Made by a program: the position numbers and the translations under genes. Of a DNA stretch of 64,000 nt, positions 1 to 10,627 are shown piece by piece; the first letter of the stretch is position 1; each line of letters begins with the position of its first letter. The notes beneath the pieces are model-generated. The model was not told where the DNA came from. It was given only the letters and a program-made list of their open reading frames with translations, and did not search any database. Source of the stretch: Haliotis cracherodii (lineage: Eukaryota); the NCBI RefSeq assembly GCF_022045235.1, contig NW_027266266.1, forward strand, positions 48,298,001 to 48,362,000, in the 5' to 3' direction.

Positions 1-1094
1 GATCTCCAAACACACAGGTTTCGGAGTCCATATCACACAACCAACTAAAGCCACACAATCCTATCGACTACCAAACAATCAATCAATATTCACGGCCGAA
101 CTAATGGGCATGGCCTCAGCCCTTCATAATTAACAATCTAATTCCTAATACTTACTGACTCGCTCAGTGGACTACAAGCCCTCCAAAACAAAAAACACCC
201 AAAACCGCCCTGAACTAATAAATCAAATACTAAAAAGCTCAAACGATTTAACTAAGGCAGGCAAACAAATAGTATTCATTTGGATCCCCGCCCACGTAGG
301 ATTATACGGCAATGAAAACGCCGATAAAGCAGCTAAACTATCCCTTAAAATCCCAGTAATAAGCCTAAACCTACGCATCTCCAAATCAGAAATTAAAAGT
401 GTCAACAAACAAAAAATCACCAAAAAATGGCATTACCTATATCTAAACTCAAATAGCCAAATCAAAAAGGTTCTAAAAAAACCCCTAACCAAACCAAAAA
501 TTCTACATCCGTCCCAAAAAAATCGACAGAGTAATCACTAAACTCCAAACAGGACATACCAACCTAAATAATCACCTCAAAATAATAAGAAAACACGCAA
601 CAAGAACCTGCCCACATTGCAAACAACAAGAAACCCCAGAACACGCACTCATACACTGCACCCACTACCTAACACACCGAACTACACTACAAACCATCCT
701 AAATCTAAATAAGGCTCTTACTCTAGAAGCAATCCTACACCCACAAAATAAAATAGAAAAATTCAAAGCCTTAGGCGTATACTTAATCAAAACAGGACTA
801 ATAAATCGCATTTAAAACCCCAATAAACTACCAAAACCAAACCACATAATCAAACTAACAAACTTCCATACACAGCTCCCTTAGTTCGCCCCCCAAACCC
901 TCTTGGCATTTTTTTCTAAATCTCAAAAATTTCCAAAATTCTATATAAGCAGCCACTAAAATACCCCTACTGGATTGCCAAACAACTTTTCCCCCTTTTC
1001 TGAAACGCATTAAATGGCTTGGCCGGGCGCGTGTGCGAAATACGCTGCAGTCGGAAAGCGCACGTAAAATCTCCAAAATAAGTAAGTAAGTAAG
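1..1094 (+). mobile_element. 3' end of RNase H-bearing non-LTR retrotransposon (I/Nimb-like), degenerate
   Basis: Translations give SIFTAEL, ILTDSLS and WIPAHVGLYGNENADKAAK (RNase H), then LQTGH...CPHC...ETPEHALIHC (CCHC) with a stop at ~815. The 3' UTR ends in an (AGTA)n tail at ~1080-1094. Frameshifts and stops are present. Confidence 0.85.
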
Positions 1095-1104
1095 TGCATG
1101 GAAT

Positions 1105-1360
1105 GTGGTACACTGCTCCTGATGGCTCTAGACTTGTGGCTGGATGGTGGTTTCCCTGTGCCTTTAATTGTGTTCTGAATAGTATGACTTCTTATGAAAA
1201 CTACATCAATGTTGGCCTGTTTCTTTAAGAGTGTCTGGATTTTGTGGCTAACTATTCCAAAGTAGGGGAGGCTGATCACAACGGGTGCAGACTGAGATTT
1301 TTTGGTGATGTTCTTTATCGTCTGTTGTACTAGTTGCTCAGGATAGCGGTTATGCTGTGT
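1105..1360 (-). mobile_element. Penelope-like element fragment (RT to GIY-YIG linker)
   Basis: NRYPEQLVQQTIK...VISLPYFGIVSHKIQTLLKKQANIDVVF is a typical PLE post-RT linker. Confidence 0.6.
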
Positions 1361-2275
1361 ATACTTGCTTACTTACACTCTGTAAATCACTTGCTTGATA
1401 ACGGTGTTAGAACCTACACCGAAACGTCGCTCTTAATTGTAATAAAGAAGTTGTTCATCTATAATTTCTTACTTAGTACTCCACCTTCTAAGAAAATAAT
1501 GTTGTAGCATACACCAATTGAATCCCTAACCTGTTCACCAATGACCAGTTCAAAATGAAATCATGACAAATTCCATGGTCAGTCCATTGATTCTAGGATC
1601 AAAAGGTTAAACATTTAACTGAATGACGCAGTTGGATGTTGGGTAATTGGAGTTTTCAACGATCATGGCCAAAGGGAAGCAACTGAGCATTGCAAATTGC
1701 GGCGCCTTAGACGACTAGGCCCCCGTTCCCCTCTGTGGGAACATGTTTTTTTAATAATTTTTTTAGACATATTCCAAAGTAATAACATGCCTAAAAGTCT
1801 GGACAGCATGTTCAGACCATTGATATTCTGTTCCATAAATATTAAGTTCCAAAAAATGCCAGAAAGAAGTACTTTTTCATCAGGTTTTACAAAAAAAGTA
1901 AATCGTTCACTGGAGATACTGACAAAGACTTCGTAATATCTTGTGGGTCAATAGAAAGTGTTTGGTTTTTCCTTTTTTAGAAAAGGGGTGAATTTTTTTC
2001 ATAGTGTCTTTAGTGGACATTATACATCACATAAGGTGGCCAAATGGTCGAAGGTGTTGCCAGCTGCCACGATCATGGATTCGAATCTCAGATCCGGCCT
2101 TTATCTTTCAGTTACGTATACCATATCCCTGGTTAGCACTGCAGTCGTTCTTCTCTCCAACCAACTATGCTGACAAATCATAATAAAACGTATATACTAT
2201 TCAAAGCAGTGTTGAACATAATGATTGAATACGTTATGGTTGATGTTAAACCGTTTATTTAATAAGAAAAAACAT

Positions 2276-3047
2276 CCCAGAAATTTAATTATAAATTATA
2301 CATATAACCATGCAACAGAAATTAAAATGCTGCAGCATACACCACTGTAGACAGAACTAAATCCCTAAGCAGTTCACAAATTACCAGTACAAAATGAAAT
2401 CACGACGATTTCCATGGCCAATCATCACATGCTTCAGGGAAATGGTTCAAAGAAACTTAAGTTCATTTAATGTCATTGTATGATTGCCATATATATATCA
2501 GCAGCAATTGTCAGCATCAATAAAGCTATTCATTGTGAATGATTGTTTTCAAAAATATTAATTCATTGGTTAATAAACAAAGAACATAAAAGGAAAAGCG
2601 TTTCCACATGAACACAATGTTTGAATATATTTTGTGCAATATGCAAAAGCAATACATATCCAGATGCTCAGGTCAGAAAGGAAGATACCATATTTACCAT
2701 CACCAAAAAGACCTGGACTCCCCAATCCGACTGAATCATCAACATCAAATGATCAACCAAACCAATTACCCTTCCTAGACATAGAACCTTACAACAGTGA
2801 TGGAAACATCCCCACAGTCCAGTATATTCACCACATGTCCCAGAAATTTAATTATACATTATACATATACCCATGCAACAGAAATTAAAATGCTGCAGCA
2901 TACACCGCTGTAGACAGAACTAAATCCCTAAGCAGTTCACAAATTACCAGTACAAAATGAAATCACGACGATTTCCATGGCCAATCATCACATGTTTCAG
3001 GGAAATGGTTCAAAGAAACTTAAGTTCAATTAATGGCATTATATGAT

Positions 3048-3060
<13 letters not shown>
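2276..3060 (+). repeat. ~220-bp direct duplication (2276-2498 and 2840-3060); a short PLE RT scrap (LPFLDI) lies between the copies
   Basis: Near-identical text CCCAGAAATTTAATTATA...GATTGCCATATATAT occurs twice; a diverged relative is at ~1500-1590. Confidence 0.85.

Positions 3061-3112
<52 letters not shown>
3052..3112. repeat. (TA)n microsatellite
   Basis: About 30 TA units. Confidence 0.95.
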
Positions 3113-3118
<6 letters not shown>

Positions 3119-3156
3119 CACCATCCCCTAACGAGCCCTAGTCATCAGCCACCCTG

Positions 3157-3303
3157 GTCCGGTGGGGTAGCCTACGGGTTAAAGCGTTCGCCCGTCACGC
3201 CGAAGGCCCGAGTTCGATTTCCCACATGGTTACGATGTGTGAAGCCAATGTCTGGTGTCCACCGGCGTGATATTGCTAAAATCGACATAAAACGATACTT
3301 ACT
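3157..3303 (+). mobile_element. tRNA-derived SINE (abalone-type family)
   Basis: A-box TAGCCTACGGGTTAA and B-box GAGTTCGATTTCC; homologous to the copy at 23776-23938. Confidence 0.8.
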
Positions 3304-4599
3304 GCTATCCCTAACAAAGAAATCAATCATCATTTATTCTCAAACAGCGTCCCACAGATAACATTGGAAACTGTGGGTGTGGGGTAGCACGTTGGTGCAT
3401 TGTGGCGGGGTTCTTGTGGGCTACCTGTGTAACAAATCAACTTACTTCAAAACTCCGGGGTTGTTTGCCCTTTCAGTGGAAACCATGTCTTTCCCAAATT
3501 TTCAGAGGTGGAATAGTGAAAATAGCTCACGTTGAGCTTTCCTCATATTTATGTATACCAGTGCAGGGCAGCTGTAGTTGCCATGGCATATCCTTTCGTA
3601 TAATAAACTATCAGCTTTGTAGCCCACAAGCACCTGCATACGTTGGCCAATCTCTATACTTGTTGTTTTTCAAAGCGCGGGCATCCTCTGTATGGTAGCC
3701 CATCCCCTACCTTTTATATATTGTCTAATGATATCACCCTCACCCAAAGAGCCATAGCCAACTGCAACTTTGACAAAGAAACCAATAATCCAGTAAATCA
3801 ATGTCCCATTACCTTCACTTATCTTAGATAGCAGCCTTACAAAAGGTTCAACAGTTACTAGATCAGCAACCACCTTATGAAACGGCCAACATAGATGTGA
3901 CACTCACGTGTGACAGTTCACCGAAGAACATCCTACAGATCAAAGGAAAAGTTCGTCCGCTTGTCCGCCCCAAAACCTAAGGTACTGACAAACAACAGCG
4001 TCCACATTTTTTCATGAAAACCAAGAGTAATCACTGGGGAAGAAAGTAACCATACAAACCATACAAATTCAAAGAAACTAGCCATCAACTAACAAGCGTG
4101 GGTTTACAGTTTTCTGGGAAAATAAATAGTTTTATTCAAATGCAATGCCACGTCTATACGTCTTCAGCCTTTCTCTTGCACTGACGTTAAATTGTAACCT
4201 TACTCGTTCAACCTTTCTCCGTAAGAGCATGTCATAGCTGTGTCATGCCTGTCCACACATGACACAACCGACTACAGTCTGTTTAGCTCAAAATGAAAAA
4301 AGATGGATTGCAAAAATAAAAATCAACATCTATCATATGTGAATACTGTACACGGCAACGAATACGCTGTACCCAACAATATCTGGTTTATGTTAATTTT
4401 AATCCCACCACTGGAAAGAGTTGTTCAAGAAACTATTGTGTTGTTATGTGTACAAGCTGACATTTTTGGAGGAACAGCGCAAACACACACGTGCTACACA
4501 ACGGACCAGGGAATGACAGCGGGGTCGTCTCATGATAATCACAATCTGACTCGCTCATGTCACAGCCCTCGTCGAATTGTTTGTGTTACTGTTGCTTGC

Positions 4600-5600
4600 T
4601 GAAGTCCATCATGTGACCATTATCTTGACGTTGAGGACTTCGGAAACACAATGTTGCTACGTCTCCACTGTTATCCGACATAGGGATTCATTTACTAGCT
4701 TTTCAACATCCTGCAATTTAAACTTAAACGTTGTTCAATCGTTCAACGTCTCCTTTGACGATACCCCATTTGAACTCTATTGGGTTCAGATCGCAGTGGT
4801 AAGGGGGAAGTAGTAGGACGCCGTGACTTTGATCTTTGTTGTAACTGTCAACAATATTGGGCTCAGGTTTGTTAGATTTGATGATTTCATATTTTATAGC
4901 CATGGAAGGAAAGGTTATTCATCCATTGCAGCCTCGTCACAATGTCTCCTTTAAGGCTATTAGACGCCGCCTTGCTGTCTAGATTCTGCATACTGTGACA
5001 TGGTTTTTTAGTCCATGATAATAAGGGACTTGGCCGGCAAAGCAGTGACCAAGTTATCGTTCACCCATTCCAGAAATACCTTGCGGTTCATTTCTGTGCA
5101 GTAGTCCTCGAAAAACGAGTTCACAGCCTGGGAGAAAACCCTCACTAGCACAGCCAGCATGGAGAACGATAAGTCTTTCCCCTTTTCCCATTAATAAAGT
5201 TCACCATGACTCATTGTAGTTCCAACTGGCTACCCAATGACTGCTGGATGTGCCATAGGCATTTACCCACGTCTCATCTAGGAAAACAGATGATATCCTT
5301 CTTCACGTTTCTGCTTGATGGTTCGAAGATAATGATTTCGGAGATGAAGGTTGTCAAATCGTTCACTAAACACAGCCCTATTTTCACCACTTATCCATTT
5401 GTATCCGTATTCAAATGTATGCAAAAGTTGCCATTGAACATGATTTAAATGATACAAAATACAGGCAGTCTCAAGGTATTTCTTCGCGAGTCTTAGTGAC
5501 ATGGTACTTATTTTCGGAATGCAGTTGAACAAATGCACGTGTGAAAGCTGTCTAATTTATCAACCCTACATGTTCCCCACCTGCTTCGCCTGCCCATTGA
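4600..5600 (-). pseudogene. IS630/Tc1/mariner-superfamily transposase relic with long D-E spacing (Sailor-like, DD~80E)
   Basis: Frame-shifted motifs FLDETWVN (~5275), GKGERLIVLHAG...EMNRKVFLEW...LIIMD (~5011) and LPPYHCDLNPIE (~4775). Confidence 0.7.
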
Positions 5601-6342
5601 CGGGCAGTATTTTTCACTGTTTCACATCAGCTGAGCAGCGCACCTTGTCAGTCGACAACGGCGTATACTTTGTAACAATTGAATTGCGTGTTTGCGTTGT
5701 TCCTCCTACCGTTGTGTCCCCTCCGTTCAAGATGTCAAATTGTACACATAACCACTTGATTGTCTCTCAAACAACTTTTTCAAGTATCATAAACATCGCT
5801 AAAATGTTGCTGCTCAGACGATTCGACCACCAGTGACTCTCATGGTCCCCAAGTTATCAAGAAGGTATTTTATAAAGCTGTAGATTGGCTGTACAATGGG
5901 CATCAGTTTTTATGATCCGATCACTGAAGGCTGTCTTCTTTTTATCCTATCATATATTAGAGATAATTGTATCTATAATTTACAGGTAAACTAATCATGT
6001 TACATAAAAACAATGCACACGCTGGGTCGACTGTTGATATTCTGGTGGAGCCTGGGATATTTAAAGACAATCTGTCCAGGAAATGCCTTGAAAGAAATAC
6101 TTTTTCCTCAGGTTTTACAAAAACAAAGAAATTGCCCACTTGAAATGCTTGACGTTCTGAAAAGTAGTATATATCATGTTGTGGGTCCATGGAAAAAGCT
6201 TGTATTTCTTTCAAACAAGAATCCCAGGCCCGTACCAGAATAATAAAGATGGTCGGCCCCAAACCGATAGGTATTAAGCTAACATTGACCTAACCATAAG
6301 TTTCTCGCAATTTGTATTATTTCTATCAGCTGCATTTGATAT

Positions 6343-7320
6343 TTACTTTATTATTCTCCAGTCGTCATAGTAAACATAGCGAAAAAGTTCCCCAACATTC
6401 GTTTTCCAGGTTTTGATGTCTGTGGCGTTGTGCTTCTTCCTGTGGAATCTTATCCAAAGATGACAAGCATAGTTGTTGCTTCTCCAGTCATAGAGTTGTC
6501 CTTCCTTGTAAAGGAAGTCACGTTCATTCCAACTAGGGTGGTGTAGTGATCTCGGCTCTGTATGAATGAGGTTAGGGTATTTGATTTCCAGTTTGCCCGA
6601 GACTACCACAGCATGGTGTCACCATAAGTTGTCTTTAAATGTTGTAAATTCTCTGTGCCATAAGATCATAAACTCTGTCCATGGCTTTGCTACCAATACT
6701 CCATTACAAAGAAGATGTTTTCCCTCATTTCCCATCGTAATGTCATACTTAAGGAGAGGGTCGAAGGACTTGACAACTATCACATCCAGATCAAGATATA
6801 TTCCGCCATACTCCAATAGTATCTCTAACCTCATGACATCACTCACATGCTCAATAATTTCTACTTTTCTGCCTCGAATGGTCGTCGGTTTGGGTCGGTA
6901 GATAAGATGCATACTTGGGATTTGGGCCCGAATGTCCTTCCAGTACTGACTTTCAGGTTCTTTGTCCATCCAGAAAAAGATCCTGTCTGGTTTGATAAAT
7001 TTGTTAGCAGACATAACTGAAAGCATGTGATGAAACTCAAACTTATTCCTTCCATTGACGGAGTACTGAATGAAATGAACCGTCCTTGGCACCACGTCAT
7101 GTGCATGTACTATGTTTCTCACGATGTCGATTTCTCTTTCTAGTAACTGGTTAAAATCAGATCTTTGTTTTGAAACGTAGAAAAGATCCTTGCTACTGAC
7201 TTTACATATGTTATTCTCAATACATAGTTTCTCTCTGAATTTGAATATGATAGGTAAGAATGAACAAATGCCACAAACGACTAAAATGATTGTAAATGTC
7301 CTCCTGTAAATGATCTTCAT
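6343..7320 (-). CDS. Glycosyltransferase family 32 (alpha-1,4-glycosyltransferase-like, DXD), type II membrane; interrupted by one in-frame TGA at 6619-6621
   Basis: N-terminal TM segment, VPRTVHFI, HVSDVMRLEILLEYGGIYLDLDV and LCNGVLVA. ORFs 6619-7320 and 6343-6609 share a frame. A splice acceptor TTTCAG lies ~40 nt upstream of the ATG. Confidence 0.85.
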
Positions 7321-9045
7321 TTTCTTGGTTTCACACCAGGAGCTGGTTGTGTGGGTTGTTACTGAAACATGAAACGTAATTTTAGAACAGGACCGACAAT
7401 TATAACATCAAACATGTTTAGAACCCTTTCCTTATTCATAGGAAATCTCTGCCCAAAACAGAATCGATTTTACGATTTCGACTATATCATGAACATTTGA
7501 TTATGAATCACTATTATATAATGATGATACCAGCTGTTCGCAAACAGGTGAGCGTATCCTGCCCCACTGGTGGCACCCGTTACTAACACATGCAAAGGCA
7601 AGTCCATTGTTAACCTGAAAAAAACCACGGGAACATACGGTACAAGTCAAAACAGGCAATTGCATCGGACATCATTTTTGTCCCTGACGCCTCAAATTGG
7701 GAAATGCCTTCCACATTACTACCATAAAACCTTTTGAAGCTTAACTTAGGCCTAGAATGTTACATATATAAATATAAACTGGTTAGTCTTCGGTCTGTGC
7801 TTGGGTTCCATATATAACTGATTTCTTGTTTAGAAACAGATACCCTGTATGCTTACATGCATTTGATCATTGCCTGTGGTTGCTAAATGTACTTGTTTTT
7901 CTATCATGGTTAACATTTAACGTCTAGATAAATACTAATTTCACATAAGCAATTCAAATACAATTTCAAATCAGTTTCTCTGCATGATGTGCAATGTGCG
8001 ACTGGTAAGCTGAATCTTATTTCAACAGGAGCTGGTGCATGTTCTTGTAGAACCAGAAGAAGCTCCTCTAACTTGTGTTAGAAAGCCCACCATACAATCC
8101 TGTTCCAGAACAAGTCCTTCTCAAGATCCAAAAATTGCAAAGTCTCAGGATTGTACAAGTGAAGTTACAACATTAACTGGCAATAAACGATACAACTATG
8201 TTTATAACAACCTGAAAATGAATTTGATCTTTGTTAACATAGAACCAACAGTACAGTAGATGATGAAGGAGTCGTAAAGATGCAAATATAAAGTTTAATA
8301 GCTGCAAATGTAACCATACCCCAACTGACCATGAAATAGCCAAAACGAACATATTTCTTAAACGTTTTGCTTTACCTATAAGCAGCAGAATCTCTGCACT
8401 TGTACACGACATGCGTAATTCAAAATAAACATGTCGTCTTTATTAGTCTCAACAAAATCATTAAAAGCACTATCGTGTTGCCGGATTTTGGGTCCATCGA
8501 TAACATGATTATCTGGTATGTTTATAGGCGGCCGTCGCATTGTGTGAATGTCGGGTGATATCGGTAGGGCAGGCTCTACTTAAGTGATCAATGTAATATC
8601 ATAAGAAATTTGGCTATGTATATTTATAAGTCTATGCAATTAAGGACAAAACTGCTGATGTAAATTTCAACTACAAGAATGGCTGCTGTACAACTGCTGT
8701 GACATGGGCCGATGGCCTACGTGACCTTGCTGAATAAACATAATATTATGCTACTTTGTAGGATCCGGTGATTTAATGTTTCTAATTCGTTCAATTGATC
8801 AGTCGCCTTGCCAATGAATAACAAAAACACGTCTTGGGGCTACGATGGAAGAATTCGTTATAGAATTACAACAATTGAGCTACGGTTAGAAACAGGGTGC
8901 CTTCGTGCCTGCCATTTCAGTAAATTGGGTTATGAGTGCGTTTATCAAACTTACTTCCCGCTCTATTTGTATGAGAGATGTTCGGTATTATCCTACGTAT
9001 CCGCTTTCCTTCATTTCACAAATGGCGAGTAAGCAATATCGCAAT

Positions 9046-9313
9046 GTCGCATCCGTTTCCGGGGAGGAGGGATGGGGAAAACCCGGAGAAGCGCACGTAC
9101 AAGGTGAACAAGATCGACATGGTTGTTGTTCTTTTGTCGTTCTAAAAATAGAAATAGAAAAGGCGGTGGGGGTGAAGGGAGGGTGAGGGAGGGAGGGAGG
9201 AGGAGGAGGAGGAGGGGGGTGGGTTCACGGTGTGGTGGGGGTTGGAGGGTCGTCAAAGCAAAGGAGGAAAAGCTGTCTTTCGGGAGAGATGGGTGGCCCT
9301 GAAAAGGGCCGTT
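9046..9313 (+). repeat. Left terminal inverted repeat (outer ~300 bp missing)
   Basis: Reverse complement of 18262-18528, essentially identical apart from a 1-nt homopolymer difference. Confidence 0.93.
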
Positions 9314-9320
9314 TTGATGC

Positions 9321-9625
9321 TTACATGCATGTGCACGCCATGGTGCAAAGGCACGGGTGGGCTTTCATTTCGCGTCTGACAGGACACCTACTGGTGTGCG
9401 TTAACCGACGCATGTAGGTGTCCTTCAGCACAGTGCCGCAGTACACGCACTCGAAAGTCCCATCCCGTACCCTTGTACCAAGGTCATAGACGGGCAGGCC
9501 CCCATGGCACCTGGCACATTGCCACGCTGGAGACCATGGTGGTGGGGGTGGTGATGCTTCTTTCCACCCGGGCAAAGGTTGTGTTACTCTGGCGATCTCT
9601 AGATCCCAGTTTTCCGACTTGATGT

Positions 9626-9656
<31 letters not shown>

Positions 9657-9662
9657 CATCAT
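9321..9662 (-). CDS. Element-encoded 113-aa zinc-ribbon protein (CARC...CVYC, Pro-rich, Cys-rich C-terminus)
   Basis: ATG ~50 nt downstream of TATAAAA (9711-9717) of promoter copy 1; the ORF ends 8 nt before the TIR. Confidence 0.6.
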
Positions 9663-9708
9663 GATGAATCAATTTTACAAGTGACACTGACCCACTCGAA
9701 TCCACTCT

Positions 9709-9976
9709 TGTTTTATAGGAGAGGCACTGACACCCTGCCTCCCGGTTGGTTCGCCAGGCCGCAGCTCCGATAGGTTCGTTCCGGGGCCTGGCCCGCACCT
9801 CGGTTATCCAAAATGGACCGACCCCTGTGTTTCTTTTCCATAGGAAATGGATTTTACCATGGGAGAGAAAGCACAACCCCGGTTCGGCCAATCAGAGTCC
9901 CGCCTGGCCCGAGCGCCGCCTCTGATTGGTCCGCAACCCAGGCTTCGGATTGGTCCGATTTCGATCCGGTTTTTTT
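9709..9976 (-). promoter_or_regulatory. Element promoter module copy 1 (multiple CCAAT boxes + TATA)
   Basis: Paralogous to 14175-14410 and 17265-17500; CCAATCAGAG...CTCTGATTGG pair; CTCCTATAAAA. Confidence 0.75.
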
Positions 9977-10627
9977 CCTTGGGTAGCCTTGGTATATTTT
10001 TAGGTAGACGGTCGTCTGAATGCTAAAGGAAAGGTGGACCTTCATAGGTAGACATGAACGTGGGAATGCCTACGTGATGTACGTTGTGTCACCCCCATGC
10101 CAATCGGCATGTCATGTGTGTGTGTGTGTGTGAGTGTGTATGTCTTCAAACAGACGTTGACGTTGATGTATAGAATAGCGTGTTGTCAAGCAAAACGTGG
10201 TGTCCTGTGTGTGTGTGTGTCTACAACCATGGATGTCGTATTGAGATGAATAGAGAAAGATCGATACACCTGCTCGACGTTTGCACATGTCATGGACTTC
10301 GTGTCGCGATGTGAACGTCATGTACTTTGTGTGTTGCCATGCAAACGTAGTGTCATGTGTGTGTGTGTGTTTTCAAATTATTATTATTATTATTATTTAA
10401 GGATACCGAGGTGTTGACACCCGTGTAAGTCGACAGACGTACTGTGACACGTGTTTTCATGCATACGTGATGTTTGACGTGGTGTACTACGTGTCTCTAT
10501 TGATCTATTGATATATCTATTTATTGTATTTTTAGACGTGTGTCTCCAAGAGGTCTAGGGGAGGGTGTGGGTTCTTTGTTTTGGAGGGGTGGGGTTGGCA
10601 AAGCAAAGGAGGAAAGTTGTCTTTTGG

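Noticed and set aside
3157-3240. tRNA genes (also at 23397, 23870 and 27370)
   Set aside because: tRNA-like heads continue into SINE bodies and tails; no proper cloverleaf
3362-3900. Possible DIRS/Ngaro gag-like relic on the minus strand
   Set aside because: Only vague Cys/His spacing; too degenerate to support
9484-9891. Paralogous ORFs MAEPGLCFLSH... (also 17310-17606 and the first 81 codons of 17287-18099)
   Set aside because: Shadow translations of the repeated promoter module; non-ATG or pre-TATA starts, and similarity stops at the TATA box
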